A DNA stretch of 63,275 bases, counting the filler, from Octopus bimaculoides (taxonomy: Eukaryota), in assembly GCF_001194135.2 (NCBI RefSeq). It is 6 parts of 4 records of this genome, joined end to end, with 100 filler letters (N's around TTAATTAATTAA, not from the genome) between each part and the next. Parts side by side here need not be neighbours in the genome. Positions count along the whole stretch, not along the records: positions 1 to 17,975 come from NC_068986.1; positions 18,076 to 43,688 come from NC_068983.1; 4 more parts are not named here. One strand, 5' to 3'. Positions 13,272 through 25,377 of the stretch are shown one piece after another. Positions within the stretch are counted from its first letter, which is position 1; every line of letters starts with the position of its first letter. Made by a program: the position numbers and the translations under genes. The notes under the pieces are model-generated. The model searched no databases. It had not been told where the DNA came from and worked only from the letters and a program-made list of their open reading frames with translations.

Positions 13272-13911
13272 GTACGTATGTTTTCTTACTACTCTTACTA
13301 TTATTACTATATCTAAAATGTACATGTTTTTTCAATTATACATTGGTATATTCAAATATTTAGGAATAATATTTCTTACGGCACAAGACAAGAAATGCTT
13401 ACTTGAAATATACTAGATTAAATAAGGAGCATATATTAATCGGTGTCAACTGCTTCGATTTTAAGAATGATGCATATCCACGACAATATATTTTGAGTCA
13501 AAATGTGCAGTTAGTCCAATGGTTCTTGAATGATGCACGTTGGTTTTCATTTTCTAAATGTATTGGAATTCTATAGAAAACCTCAAGTAATGTTTAATCT
13601 TTATCTAAAACGAGTGTACTAGCAGAGAACATGTGGGCATAAAAGTGTTAACTGAACTTGGAAATGAGCACACTCCTTTCAATACTGACACTTCCTATGA
13701 TAAACATTCTTCTGTGGAACTTCCTATATTTACTCCAGATACAATAATATACGTTTGATTAACGGAGGGAATCGAAGCACAGGTATACGACGGAGATGCA
13801 GAATTTTCTGCTATATACCTCATATTTTTCAAATGTTTTAATTCTAACATCTTAAAATTTAAAGCAAAATCAATACGTACGGTTCTGTAGTAAAGAATTA
13901 ACTTCTCGACA

Positions 13912-14300
13912 CATTGTTCAGGGTTCAGTCCCACTGCGTGGCACCATGGTCAAGTGTTGTCCACTATAGCACTATGTCAACCGAAGCTTTGTTAGTGGAT
14001 GCGATAGACGGTAACTGAAAAAATGTCCGTTGTATATATGTGTGTGTGTGTGCGTGTGTGTGTATGCTGAAAAATAGATACATACATACAAACATGCATA
14101 CTTACATAAGAGTGCGTGTGTAAATATATTTATGTGTTTGTCCTCGTATTTGTTTGTCCCCTCCCACCACCACCACTTGATAGCTGGTATTTGTATGTTT
14201 ACGTCCCCGTAACTAAGCGGCTCGGTAAAAAGAAATCGTTAGACTAAGTACTAGGCTTAAAAAATAAGTACTAGGGTCGATTCATTTGACTAAAACCAAT
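13912..14300 (+). mobile_element. SINE family 2, decayed copy
   Basis: gggttcagtcccactgcgtggcacc ... ccccgtaactaagcggctcgg ... gtcgatt. Confidence 0.7.
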
Positions 14301-15746
14301 CAATCGATGCCACAGCATTTTCGCGGCCCAAATGCAAATATTGATAAGAAATATTTTATCGCATAATATATTTAAAAAATGATAAAATTTGCCCAATTTC
14401 ACTAATTTTCAAATTTCAATATGTCTTCATATCTTTGTGAATCCCGTTATTTGTAAATTTGGAATAGTCGTCATATTTTGATAAAAGTAGTGATTTCTTA
14501 TAAGCAAAAAAATGTTCTATATTTTGAGGGACTCAGTGCATCAAGCAGGTTCTAAATATTAAAAGTATAATCTAATAATTTTTAGTTTATTTATCTATTT
14601 TTTTATTTTTATAGAATAGTGTTAGCCAGCAAAATTTTGCCTTTTAGGCGCTCCAGGTTCATAAACAATGTAGCATGTAAACATTCGTATAAAAATTACA
14701 ACCTCAGTATTCTTTATATTTGAATGTTTTATGTAGTGTCACCAAGAATATACCCCAACACAATAATTTGATAAAATTTGATTCACAATCATCGGGTAAG
14801 TGTAGACTATTGCTATCAGACCCACGCTAAATCGGAATACAGTGTTTTCGATAAGTTAAAACTTAAATATTTAGTTAATTGAAATTAGAACGTGTTTAGT
14901 TAATTGAAATTAGAACATATTTTAAACAGACATTAGTGGCCTAATTTATGCCCTCTAAACGCGGTAGACTATCCTATTTTCCCCCAAGAAGATATTCTTA
15001 CTCTCTTCCCTAATTCCTTAATTTTTCATCAGATTTGCAGCCCGAAACATTTTTTCTGAAGAACAATCCTGATATCTATAGAACTTAAAACAATCAAAAT
15101 ATTTGAAAATAAAGACAAGGGATTGCAAAATATATTCTCATTTACGTCTCTACTAAAAGAAAAAAAAATAAACGTATCATGAATTATAAACTCAAATATA
15201 CTTGCTTCTAACAAGAGAAATATTAAAATTTGAAATGATTCAAATTTTTTTGGAAATAGTATAATCATAATTCTAAATTAAATTTGAATCCATATAGTGC
15301 TTCATTTTAAGACACAAAGGTGACAATAAACACTGTAAAAAGAGGAATAACTAATTTGTTTTTTTAATTTTTTAAATATCATTGGCAATTTTTTATCACC
15401 CACAAGAATGAATATGTAAATTTATATGAATATTCAATTGAAAAATCATCTTTTTTCATAAATATAACAGGTGTTCCGAATTTGTATAGATTTCCTGATT
15501 AGCATTATATATACATATATACTGTTCAATTATATTCGGGTAGAAAACTAGTAGCATGTTGTGTAAAGCTCGTCCACAAATTTTAGCTACCATATGTCAA
15601 CAACACTAGTGATGCATATGCTATTATAATTACTTCAGGAATTTTTTGGTATCCATAGAGTTTATATCAATAGATCAGAGGCTGAAAATAGAATTCATGA
15701 GATTCTTTATTCAAATTCGCTACAATTACTTTCATTCATCCTGCAG

Positions 15747-15789
15747 ATTTGATTCAAGACAATTAATTGTACAGTATCTCACCTGTGAG
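15747..15789 (+). CDS. Candidate downstream exon (FDSRQLIVQYLTCE)
   Basis: ttcattcatcctgcag|A TTT ... TGT GAG|gtaaat. The phase-2 start is compatible with exon A4. It is not a canonical B exon. Confidence 0.35.
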
Positions 15790-16264
15790 GTAAATGTGCG
15801 GGATGAATCGCAAAAGTTGTAGTGGATATGAATAAAAAATCGCGTGGATATCACTTTCTGATGTATGGATATATGTTGTGAGCGGTAGGATGAAATTGAT
15901 ATGATACGTGCGTTTATAGTAGTTTACAAATCCATATATTGGCATATATACTGGGAGCGGTAGTTAAAGAAAAAAATCAAATACAGAGAATAAATGGGAA
16001 GGTCAGAATAGCCTTTGAATGAAAAGCGCTCTAAAGGTTGAGTACTTCGTTGGTTTCTCATGCGTACCATTCTTGCCAATGTATCGAGAATTTGGTGGAT
16101 GTATGGTTCCTGTCTTTGGACTTGGTACACACCCACACACATACATATGTATATATATACATGCATACAAATACACACATACACATGCACACACACATAC
16201 ACACACATACACACACATATCCCCGTGAACACACGCATAGATTGTCTGCGGAAATTAATAACAG

Positions 16265-16327
16265 ACATCATTGATTATGAACTGTCCTGCGCACTTACAA
16301 GACAACCCCTTTCCAGGAGGTGCGGAG
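16265..16327 (+). CDS. Candidate downstream exon (TSLIMNCPAHLQDNPFPGGAE)
   Basis: taataacag|ACA ... GCG GAG|gtgagc. 63 nt, phase 0-0, strong donor. An alternative acceptor at 16241 gives a different frame. Confidence 0.3.
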
Positions 16328-17883
16328 GTGAGCTCTGAAAAATATTTGTCCTTTCTATTAACTAACGAAACATTTATCAACAAATTATCCGAAAGGATTG
16401 CACATGCATGCATGTCAAGAAATCCACATTCACCTACAACAGTAGGAACATCTCACTACTATCACAATCATAAATAGCGTAAATTGATTATCACAAGCCA
16501 GTAATAAACATCAAACACTGTACACCCAGATATGTCTGTTTATTTGTATAGATGCGTATGGATCTATATGTGCGTATGTGTATGCGTATGTGTATGCATA
16601 TGCATGTGAATATCTATCTATATATATATATAAATTCAAAAAGGGATAAAACTCTTTTACAGGAATTTTATCAAGAAGCCAGTGTGTAAAAAAATTCGTA
16701 AGGGAAATTTCTATTCCCAAGAATATAATTATTCGTTTATATTTATATAAAGGGCATTATTACAGAAGAATAACAACGCCACACAGTGGACTTCTCAAAA
16801 TAACCACATTTAGTACCTAATGCGAGGAAAAACAACCAACAGAAGCCTAGCTACTTTCTTTTAAATAAACTTATATATATATATATATATATATATATNN
16901 NNNNNNNNNNNNNNNNNNNNNNNNNNNNNNNNNNNNNNNNNNNNNNNNNNNNNNNNNNNNNNNNNNNNNNNNNNNNNNNNNNNNNNNNNNNNNNNNNNNN
17001 NNNNNNNNNNNNNNNNNNNNNNNNNNNNNNNNNNNNNNNNNNNNNNNNNNNNNNNNNNNNNNNNNNNNNNNNNNNNNNNNNNNNNNNNNNNNNNNNNNNN
17101 NNNNNNNNNNNNNNNNNNNNNNNNNNNNNNNNNNNNNNNNNNNNNNNNNNNNNNNNNNNNNNNNNNNNNNNNNNNNNNNNNNNNNNNNNNNNNNNNNNNN
17201 NNNNNNNNNNNNNNNNNNNNNNNNNNNNNNNNNNNNNNNNNNNNNNNNNNNNNNNNNNNNNNNNNNNNNNNNNNNNNNNNNNNNNNNNNNNNNNNNNNNN
17301 NNNNNNNNNNNNNNNNNNNNNNNNNNNNNNNNNNNNNNNNNNNNNNNNNNNNNNNNNNNNNNNNNNNNNNNNNNNNNNNNNNNNNNNNNNNNNNNNNNNN
17401 NNNNNNNNNNNNNNNNNNNNNNNNNNNNNNNNNNNNNNNNNNNNNNNNNNNNNNNNNNNNNNNNNNNNNNNNNNNNNNNNNNTATATATAGTTGAAATTT
17501 AGAGAAAAACTAAAGACGAAGACAGGTATGTGAACAACAAGCAGGTGTATTAGTTTGACGCTCGGTAAAGCGATCAATCATGGCTACATATAACAGAAGA
17601 AATCAACATATTGTAAAGTTATAATTAAAAATCATTATCGTAAATAGGCATTTATAAAGTTAAAAAACTTGATTTTATAAACACCTTAATATCAAAACAT
17701 TTATACATTGGAAATAAGTTTCTATTGGTGAGATACAGCAGATTTTTTTTTTCATTTCCATTGCCAAAATACCCACTCAGTAATGCATTACTGTCTTGAT
17801 TAGAAATTATTAAACCTATCGCTGAAATATGAAAAATAACCGACAGTGTCAATTTGGTCTCAAAACGTAAACAACATAATATA

Positions 17884-17923
<40 letters not shown>

Positions 17924-17943
17924 TATAGATATATATATGTGTG

Positions 17944-17975
<32 letters not shown>

Positions 17976-18161
17976 NNNNNNNNNNNNNNNNNNNNNNNNN
18001 NNNNNNNNNNNNNNNNNNNTTAATTAATTAANNNNNNNNNNNNNNNNNNNNNNNNNNNNNNNNNNNNNNNNNNNNATTGGAGAATATTTAGCCCTCAATC
18101 CAAAATTAAAAAAAAAATGGAGACTAACTTCTACAAATAAATGTAAACAAGCACAACAATA

Positions 18162-18219
<58 letters not shown>

Positions 18220-18782
18220 GTATATAGATTTGTAGTTTTGATACGTTCGTAATTTTAGCCATCACCGCATATAATTATGTATAATGTATATATTCATTAT
18301 CATTGTTTTATACATTCACTTGAATAAAATGGTGCTAATAACTTACGAAAAGAGTAGACATAAAACTCTCAATCTGTAATTAAGAGTATAGCCATTACAG
18401 ATGAGGGTAAAGTTAGAAACTCATTTTGCTTTGAAGATATTTTATTTAATACGTTTTGTAGCTGTATCCAAGGCACAGCTTTAAGCCATTGTCCCAAGTA
18501 GAGTATACAATTCAGTTGAAAGGCACAAGGGTATTGAAGAAATTTTGCCAGCCTAATATGAAAATATTAACCATGTTTTAAAAAAATTTCATGTATTCAG
18601 TTAGCATTTTGATGTTTCAAACCATATTATTAATGTTTGTCAATTACTATTTGATTGTTTCTAGTTTTTTCTTTATTTATCTTTATTTTTCCTTGTAGTC
18701 ACTCGGTATGTCTACCTGATCCATCACACTAACATCGCTTAGTCATCACCAATAATTCAGTGGGCAGTTTTCTGCTATCTAC

Positions 18783-18813
<31 letters not shown>

Positions 18814-18866
18814 CATTGTATTTGTCCCATTTTTGTTGAGCCCTGTGTAGCTAATAAAAGAGATGC

Positions 18867-18958
<92 letters not shown>

Positions 18959-19018
18959 GTCTGTCTGTCTGTCTGCCTGCCTGCCAATCTATCTATCTAT
19001 CTGTCTGCCTGCCTGCCA

Positions 19019-19102
<84 letters not shown>

Positions 19103-19508
19103 GTGTGTGTACTGGCGCCGCAGTATATGAGAAAAAAAATATATAAAGGTCCTGATATGTTTCGCATTGTCTTATGGTACAGTACGGGCAGGTGATGTGC
19201 GCAGAGCTTATATATAACAAGATGTGATGGGCTGAGTTCTGCATGACAGTTGATGATCTGGTGCTTTCAGCCCACCCACCAAAAAAGAATAATACAAAAA
19301 CTCCACAATGTTTAATCAAAGCTGTACGTCACCAAGGAGGTTAATCAGATTGGATGGTTTGCAGACGACCTAGTTGTGTGGTGGGCTGGAAGAAGAGACA
19401 AAGCAAGAAAACGAATCAGGGTTACAACAACAGAAGCTGCTTCAACACTAACTAGCAAGCCCTTGTGTCAAAGACCATAGACGTTGCTGTTGCTATTGTG
19501 TCTAAAGC

Positions 19509-19890
19509 GTGGAGGCGCAATGGCCCAGTGGTTAGGGCAGCGGACTCGCGGTCATTGGATCGCGGTTTCGATTCCCTGACCGGGCGTTGTGAGTGTTTAT
19601 TGAGCGAAAACACCTAAAAGCTCCACGAGGCTCCGGCAGGGGATGGTGGCGAACTCTGCTGTATTTTTTCACCACAACACTGTCTCACTCTTACTTCCTG
19701 TTTCTGTTGTGCCTGTACTTCAAAGGGCCAGCCTTGTCACACTGTGTCAAGCTGAATATCCCCGAGAACTACGTTAAGGATACACGTGACTGTGGAGTGC
19801 TCAGCCATTTGCACGTTAATTTCACGAGCAGGCTGTTCCGTTGATCGGATCAACTGGAACCCTCGACGTCGTAAGCGACGGAGTGCCGAC
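19509..19890 (+). mobile_element. Full-length tRNA-derived SINE, family 1, with 12-bp TSD
   Basis: A/B-box head ggcgcaatggcccagtggttagg...ggtttcgattcc. TSD tgtgtctaaagc at 19497-19508 and 19891-19902. Confidence 0.9.
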
Positions 19891-20351
19891 TGTGTCTAAA
19901 GCACAATCCGATGCCGTTTTGAAGAGGACTAACAAAGAAGAATGGAATCACCTCCTCCTTGATGCCGTCAGTACCAGGGATCAACGACTACCGCGAAGAA
20001 GCTGATGGGTATCCTACTACAGTGCAGGACTGGCAAGAGGCTTCGAACAACAGTTTCACCCAATTGCACTAAGGCAATGTAAAGACGGTGCGTACCGGGG
20101 ATATGTAGGTAACCGTTGGTGACAGTAAATAAATTGATAAAGTAGGGTTGGAAAAGTAGCCTGGACCAAAAATAAATAGGAAACTGCAAGTTCCTTACCA
20201 ATCGTCACTTAATGGTCACTAATACATGGATTTTCGTGGTTGCCCGATAATACTATCGACAACGTCACGAGATTGCAAAATGTTAAATTGCGCCATTCAG
20301 AAGAGGCGAGCGCATATATAACAAGCATATACATACAAGGAGGGAGGGAGT

Positions 20352-20423
<72 letters not shown>

Positions 20424-20569
20424 GGATGAGAGTCTGTAAGACGAGTGCCCTCACGACTATTGGTTCGATTCGTGGACTGATTGGCACGTTGCATCCTTGG
20501 CAAAAGGATTTCATTTCCCGTTACTCCAGTCTACTCTGCTGTAATAAATTCTAGTCTAGCCTAGTAGCA

Positions 20570-20603
<34 letters not shown>

Positions 20604-20884
20604 GCTGTTACATTCTTGATGTTCTATTAGGTTAAGAATGGGATGTCTGAGAGCGACTAAAATAGGCTCCTAAAACAATGAGCGAAATCGTGGTACAAGC
20701 CACCACCTCATACAAGCTTTCAAGTGACGCCTAAGGAAGCACACACACAAACACACAAACGTCATTGTGGCAGTGGTCCTTTTAACATCCATAGTGGTTA
20801 TTCTAGTGACATTCTGGGTTCTCTGCTTCTTAGAGGTAGTAATACCATTTTAATTACTCTTCTCCTTATTCTCCGAATATATAC

Positions 20885-21283
20885 TCTTACTCTTTACTCT
20901 TTTACTTGTTTCAGTCTTTTGACTGTGGCCATGCTGGAGCACCGCCTTTAGACGAGCAAATCGACCCCAGGACTTATTCTTTGGAAGCCTAGTACTTATT
21001 CTTTCGGTCTCTTTTGCCGAACTGCTAAGTTACGGGGACATAAACACACCAGCATCGGTTGTCAAGCGATGGTTGGGGGGACAAACACAGACATACAAAC
21101 ACATACATATATATATATACATATATACGACAGGCTTCTTTCAGTTTCCGTCTACCAAATCCACTCACAAGGCATTGGTCAGCCCGAGGCTATAGTAGAA
21201 GACACTTGCCCAAGAAGCCACGCAGTGGGACTGAACCCGGGACCATGTGGTTGGTAAGCAAGCTACTTACCACACAGCCACTC
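20885..21283 (-). mobile_element. SINE family 2, full length
   Basis: Reverse complement of the 9509-9936 family, with an internal TA/CA microsatellite. Confidence 0.8.
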
Positions 21284-21329
21284 AAAAATAAAAACAGACA
21301 CACATTCACACATACATACATGCACGTAA

Positions 21330-21348
21330 GCATGTATAACTAGAATAG

Positions 21349-21405
<57 letters not shown>

Positions 21406-21520
21406 GATTAAAAGATATGTAAATAGAAAATTGGAATCACTAAGTCAGGTGCAAAGATTATATATATATATATATATATATATAAAGAGAGAGAAAGGGA
21501 GAGAGAGAGAGAGAGAAAGG

Positions 21521-21552
<32 letters not shown>

Positions 21553-23300
21553 AAGAGAGAGAGAGATACAGAGAGTCTATCCAAGAAGAAAGAATATAAA
21601 GAAAGATATACACGACGAAATGAAAGTCAAGTGGAATAGTATCGTTGGAAAGCGATGTGTGTGTGTATGTTTGTATGTCTACAAATATGCTTATACATAC
21701 GTACATTGATACATGCATATACATATCTTAAGATATATATATATATGTATGTATATATAATATATATGTATATATTTATGTTTGTATATATATATATTTA
21801 TGTATATATATATATTTATGTAGATATGTATGTATATATATATATTTATGTATGTATGTATATATATATTATGTATATTTATATATATATATATATATAT
21901 ATTATGTATGTATGTATGTATATATATTTATGTATGTATGTATGTATATATATATTATGTATGTATGTATATATATATATATACACACATATATATGTGC
22001 ATATATATATACAAATATATATGCATATATATATATATAGTTATGTATGTATGTATATATATATATATACACATATATGTGTATATATATATATGCATAT
22101 ATATATACACACATATATATATGCATATATATATATATGCATGCATGTATGTACATATGTATGTACAAATGTATGTATATATGTATACTGTATATATAAC
22201 AGAAGTGGTGCGAGATATTAATGGTAATGGAGGTGCGTTATGGCTCTTGTGGGAGGAAGGAGAAAAAGGAAATGGATGAAGTAGATGGATAGAGAAAGAA
22301 AGAGAGAGAGGGGGGAAAAGAGAGGGAGAGAGAGGATGTTATGGAGTGAGTCACAAAGAGGATGAAGGGAATTAAAGGAAGGGGGGGCGAAAGGGAAAGA
22401 TGGGGGGTTTGATAGATGAAAGGCAATGAAAGGTAATGGAGAGAGAGAGAGAGAGAAAGAGTGAGAGAGAAATTAGGAGAGAAACAGAGATATTATGTGT
22501 GTGTGTGTGCGTGTGTGTGTAATAGTGAGTGATGAAGTAAAGATAGAATGAGAGGTGAAGAAAGAGCGGGGGGGGGGGAATGGTGAAGATCAAAGGTAAA
22601 GAAGAAAGAAATAATGATAGAGTTGTTAAGAGAGAGAGAAAGGAGGAGAGAGAAAGAGAGAGAAGGGTAGACAGAAAGGCAGAGATGTAGTTAGACTGAG
22701 TAAGAGTGGAAGAGAGAGATAGTGAGTGAAAAAGAGGGAGAGAGAGAGAGAATTAATGTGAGTAAAGGAGGGAGATAGAGAGATGTTGAGATCAAAGAGA
22801 TGAAAGAGAAAAATCAAAGGGAATGAAAGAGTAGCAGTCAGAGGGAGTACTAGAAGAACTTGGACGTGTGTGTATGTGTGTGTGGTTTGAAGGAAAGAAG
22901 AGAGAGAGGGGGGGGGTAGATCAGTATATGCTAAGCTTACGTATGAGCGTGTGAACAGAGAGAGAGAGAGAAAAAGAAAGAAAGAAAGAGAGAAAGGAAT
23001 AGAGCGAGAGAGAGAGAGGAAGAGAAAGAAAGGAATAGAGCGAGGAGAGAGAGAGGGCGAAAGAGAGAGAAAGATGGAGAGAGATAGACAAACAGACATA
23101 GATACATAAAGTTAAAGCGACAGAAAGAATTGAAAAAAATGTAGGAATAGGCGAAGATGAGATGATTGATATATATATATATATATATGTATATATTCAA
23201 AGAAAGGGAGAGTGGAAAAGTTAGTGAAACTGAGTCAGCGAGTGAGAAAGAGAGAGAAATAGATGGAGTAGGTGGTGGTGGGTGGTGGTGGAGGGGACAC
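21330..23300. repeat. Compound low-complexity tract of (GATA)n, (GA)n, (TA)n, (TATG)n and purine-rich sequence
   Basis: Seen directly in the sequence. It accounts for the YIYI and SLSL pseudo-ORFs. Confidence 0.9.
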
Positions 23301-23899
23301 AGGAGTTGGATGTCTGGGGAAAAATCTTTACAAATTATATTCGGCTTTATCGAATGTAGTATATTCAGAAATCACATTGTGCATTTGTATAAGTGTGTCT
23401 TTCGACGTAGTTGTGTGTGTGTGTGTGTGTGTGTCTGTGCGTGTGCACGTGTGCGCGTGTGTATGCGCGCTCTCGAAACAGCACACATTGAACAATGGCT
23501 AATATTAAATATATCTTCCTAGTTGCGAGCTGTTGTTGAACCAGGAGTAAACTTCCGACAAATCAATACCGGATGATTTCATTTTCAACTCCTTTGCTGG
23601 AGCCAATGATATTCTTTTATAAAAGCTACGCGTCTAACTAGATGTGGAAACGACATGAACGCCACAACAAGACATCCTACTTTCGTGTCAGTTTTAGACG
23701 GCTAGTAAAAAAAAGTGAATCCAAGCTACATGAATACTTCGGAAATAAATGAAGCAGCTGATCATTGTGGACCATGGGGCAGAGATGTGGGGAAGGGATC
23801 AGGTCTCTGGTATTCAGCGTAATCCCAAATCAGTGTCGTTCCGTAACTGACCCTCGGTAATGTTCTAACGAAAACGTTACAAAGGTTTGGATTATGTAT

Positions 23900-24074
23900 A
23901 GGTACAGGCATGGCTGTATGGTTAAGAAGCTGGCTTCGCGGATAGGTGGCTTCGGGTTCAGTTCTACGGTACGGCAACATGGGTGTCTTCTACTGTAGCT
24001 CCGGGCCGACTAATACGTTGTGAGGATATTTGGCAGACAGAAACTGTGTGGAAGTCCATCGTATACACACACAC

Positions 24075-24125
<51 letters not shown>

Positions 24126-24134
24126 AATATATAT
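23900..24134 (+). mobile_element. SINE family 2, 5' half running into a gap
   Basis: aggcatggctgtatggttaagaagc...ttcgggttcagttc...gggccgac, then (TA)n and N. Confidence 0.7.
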
Positions 24135-24559
24135 NNNNNNNNNNNNNNNNNNNNNNNNNNNNNNNNNNNNNNNNNNNNNNNNNNNNNNNNNNNNNNNNNN
24201 NNNNNNNNNNNNNNNNNNNNNNNNNNNNNNNNNNNNNNNNNNNNNNNNNNNNNNNNNNNNNNNNNNNNNNNNNNNNNNNNNNNNNNNNNNNNNNNNNNNN
24301 NNNNNNNNNNNNNNNNNNNNNNNNNNNNNNNNNNNNNNNNNNNNNNNNNNNNNNNNNNNNNNNNNNNNNNNNNNNNNNNNNNNNNNNNNNNNNNNNNNNN
24401 NNNNNNNNNNNNNNNNNNNNNNNNNNNNNNNNNNNTCCTTTCTTCTTTTTTTATTTCAGATTCTTCAGATTTTGGGTGAACCACGATAATAGCTTTTGAA
24501 TGAAAATAGCCCATCTAGACATTTTTTTCCCCAGAAAATGAAGATTAATGATACATATT

Positions 24560-25110
24560 AAACACACATTGAGTATATATCTAAAAGAAAACCATAATAA
24601 TATTATAACATTTATTGACATAATGAAGTATTTAGCCGCATGAGTGTCATTTCAATGGATAACTTCAAAAACCCTATTAGTCATAGAATTTGTCAATTTC
24701 TTAATAGTAGCAGGTTAGACTGCCTCTGCTGCAGCTTTGATGGTCGCCCACAAAACAACTTTTAACGTAAATTGGCGTCCATCGGCATAAACATCTTGTT
24801 TAATGATGAAGCAAAGATATTCGATAGGGATGAGATCCGGAGATGCTAGCGGCCACACCATCAACCTTTCACCTTGTATGCCGTAAGACCTTAATAATGT
24901 TTGGGTGATCCTAGCAGAGTGGGAGGGGGTGTTGTCATGCATGAATACGAGATTCCTTAGAAGTGGCAGCAGTACGTCATCTAGCCAGAGATCCAAGACC
25001 TCCTTTAAGAGATTGCAGTAGGCGGCTGCGGTGACTTTAACCTCTTCAGGTACCCTGAATGAACCAACAAATCTGTCCCCAATTATACCAGCCTACAACA
25101 TGACTCCTCC
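24560..25110 (-). mobile_element. Tc1-like (DD34E) transposase remnant
   Basis: VFMHDNTPSHSAR...WPLASPDLIPIE...IKQDVYADGRQF, with WAGIIGDRFVG upstream. Confidence 0.8.
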
Positions 25111-25122
25111 ACCCAGATTCAC

Positions 25123-25377
25123 ACAGATTCAGCGTGACACAGTGTGACAAGGCTGGTCCTTTGAAATGCAGGTACAACAGAAACAGGAAGTAAGAGTGAG
25201 AGAAAGTTGTGGGGAAAGAGTACAGCAGGGTTCGCCACCATCCCCTGCCGGAGCCTCGTGGAGCTTTAGGTGTTTTCGCTCAATAAACACTCACAACGCC
25301 CGGTCTGGGAATCGAAACCGCGATCCTATGACCGCGAGTTCGCTGCCCTAACCATTGGGCCATTGAACCTCCACTAC
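25123..25377 (-). mobile_element. SINE family 1, 5' two-thirds
   Basis: Reverse complement of 19509-19760. Confidence 0.8.

Noticed and set aside
14468-14550. ag|T CGT start resembling a B exon after A4
   Set aside because: The frame has no cysteines or other B-exon residues, and the donor is weak.
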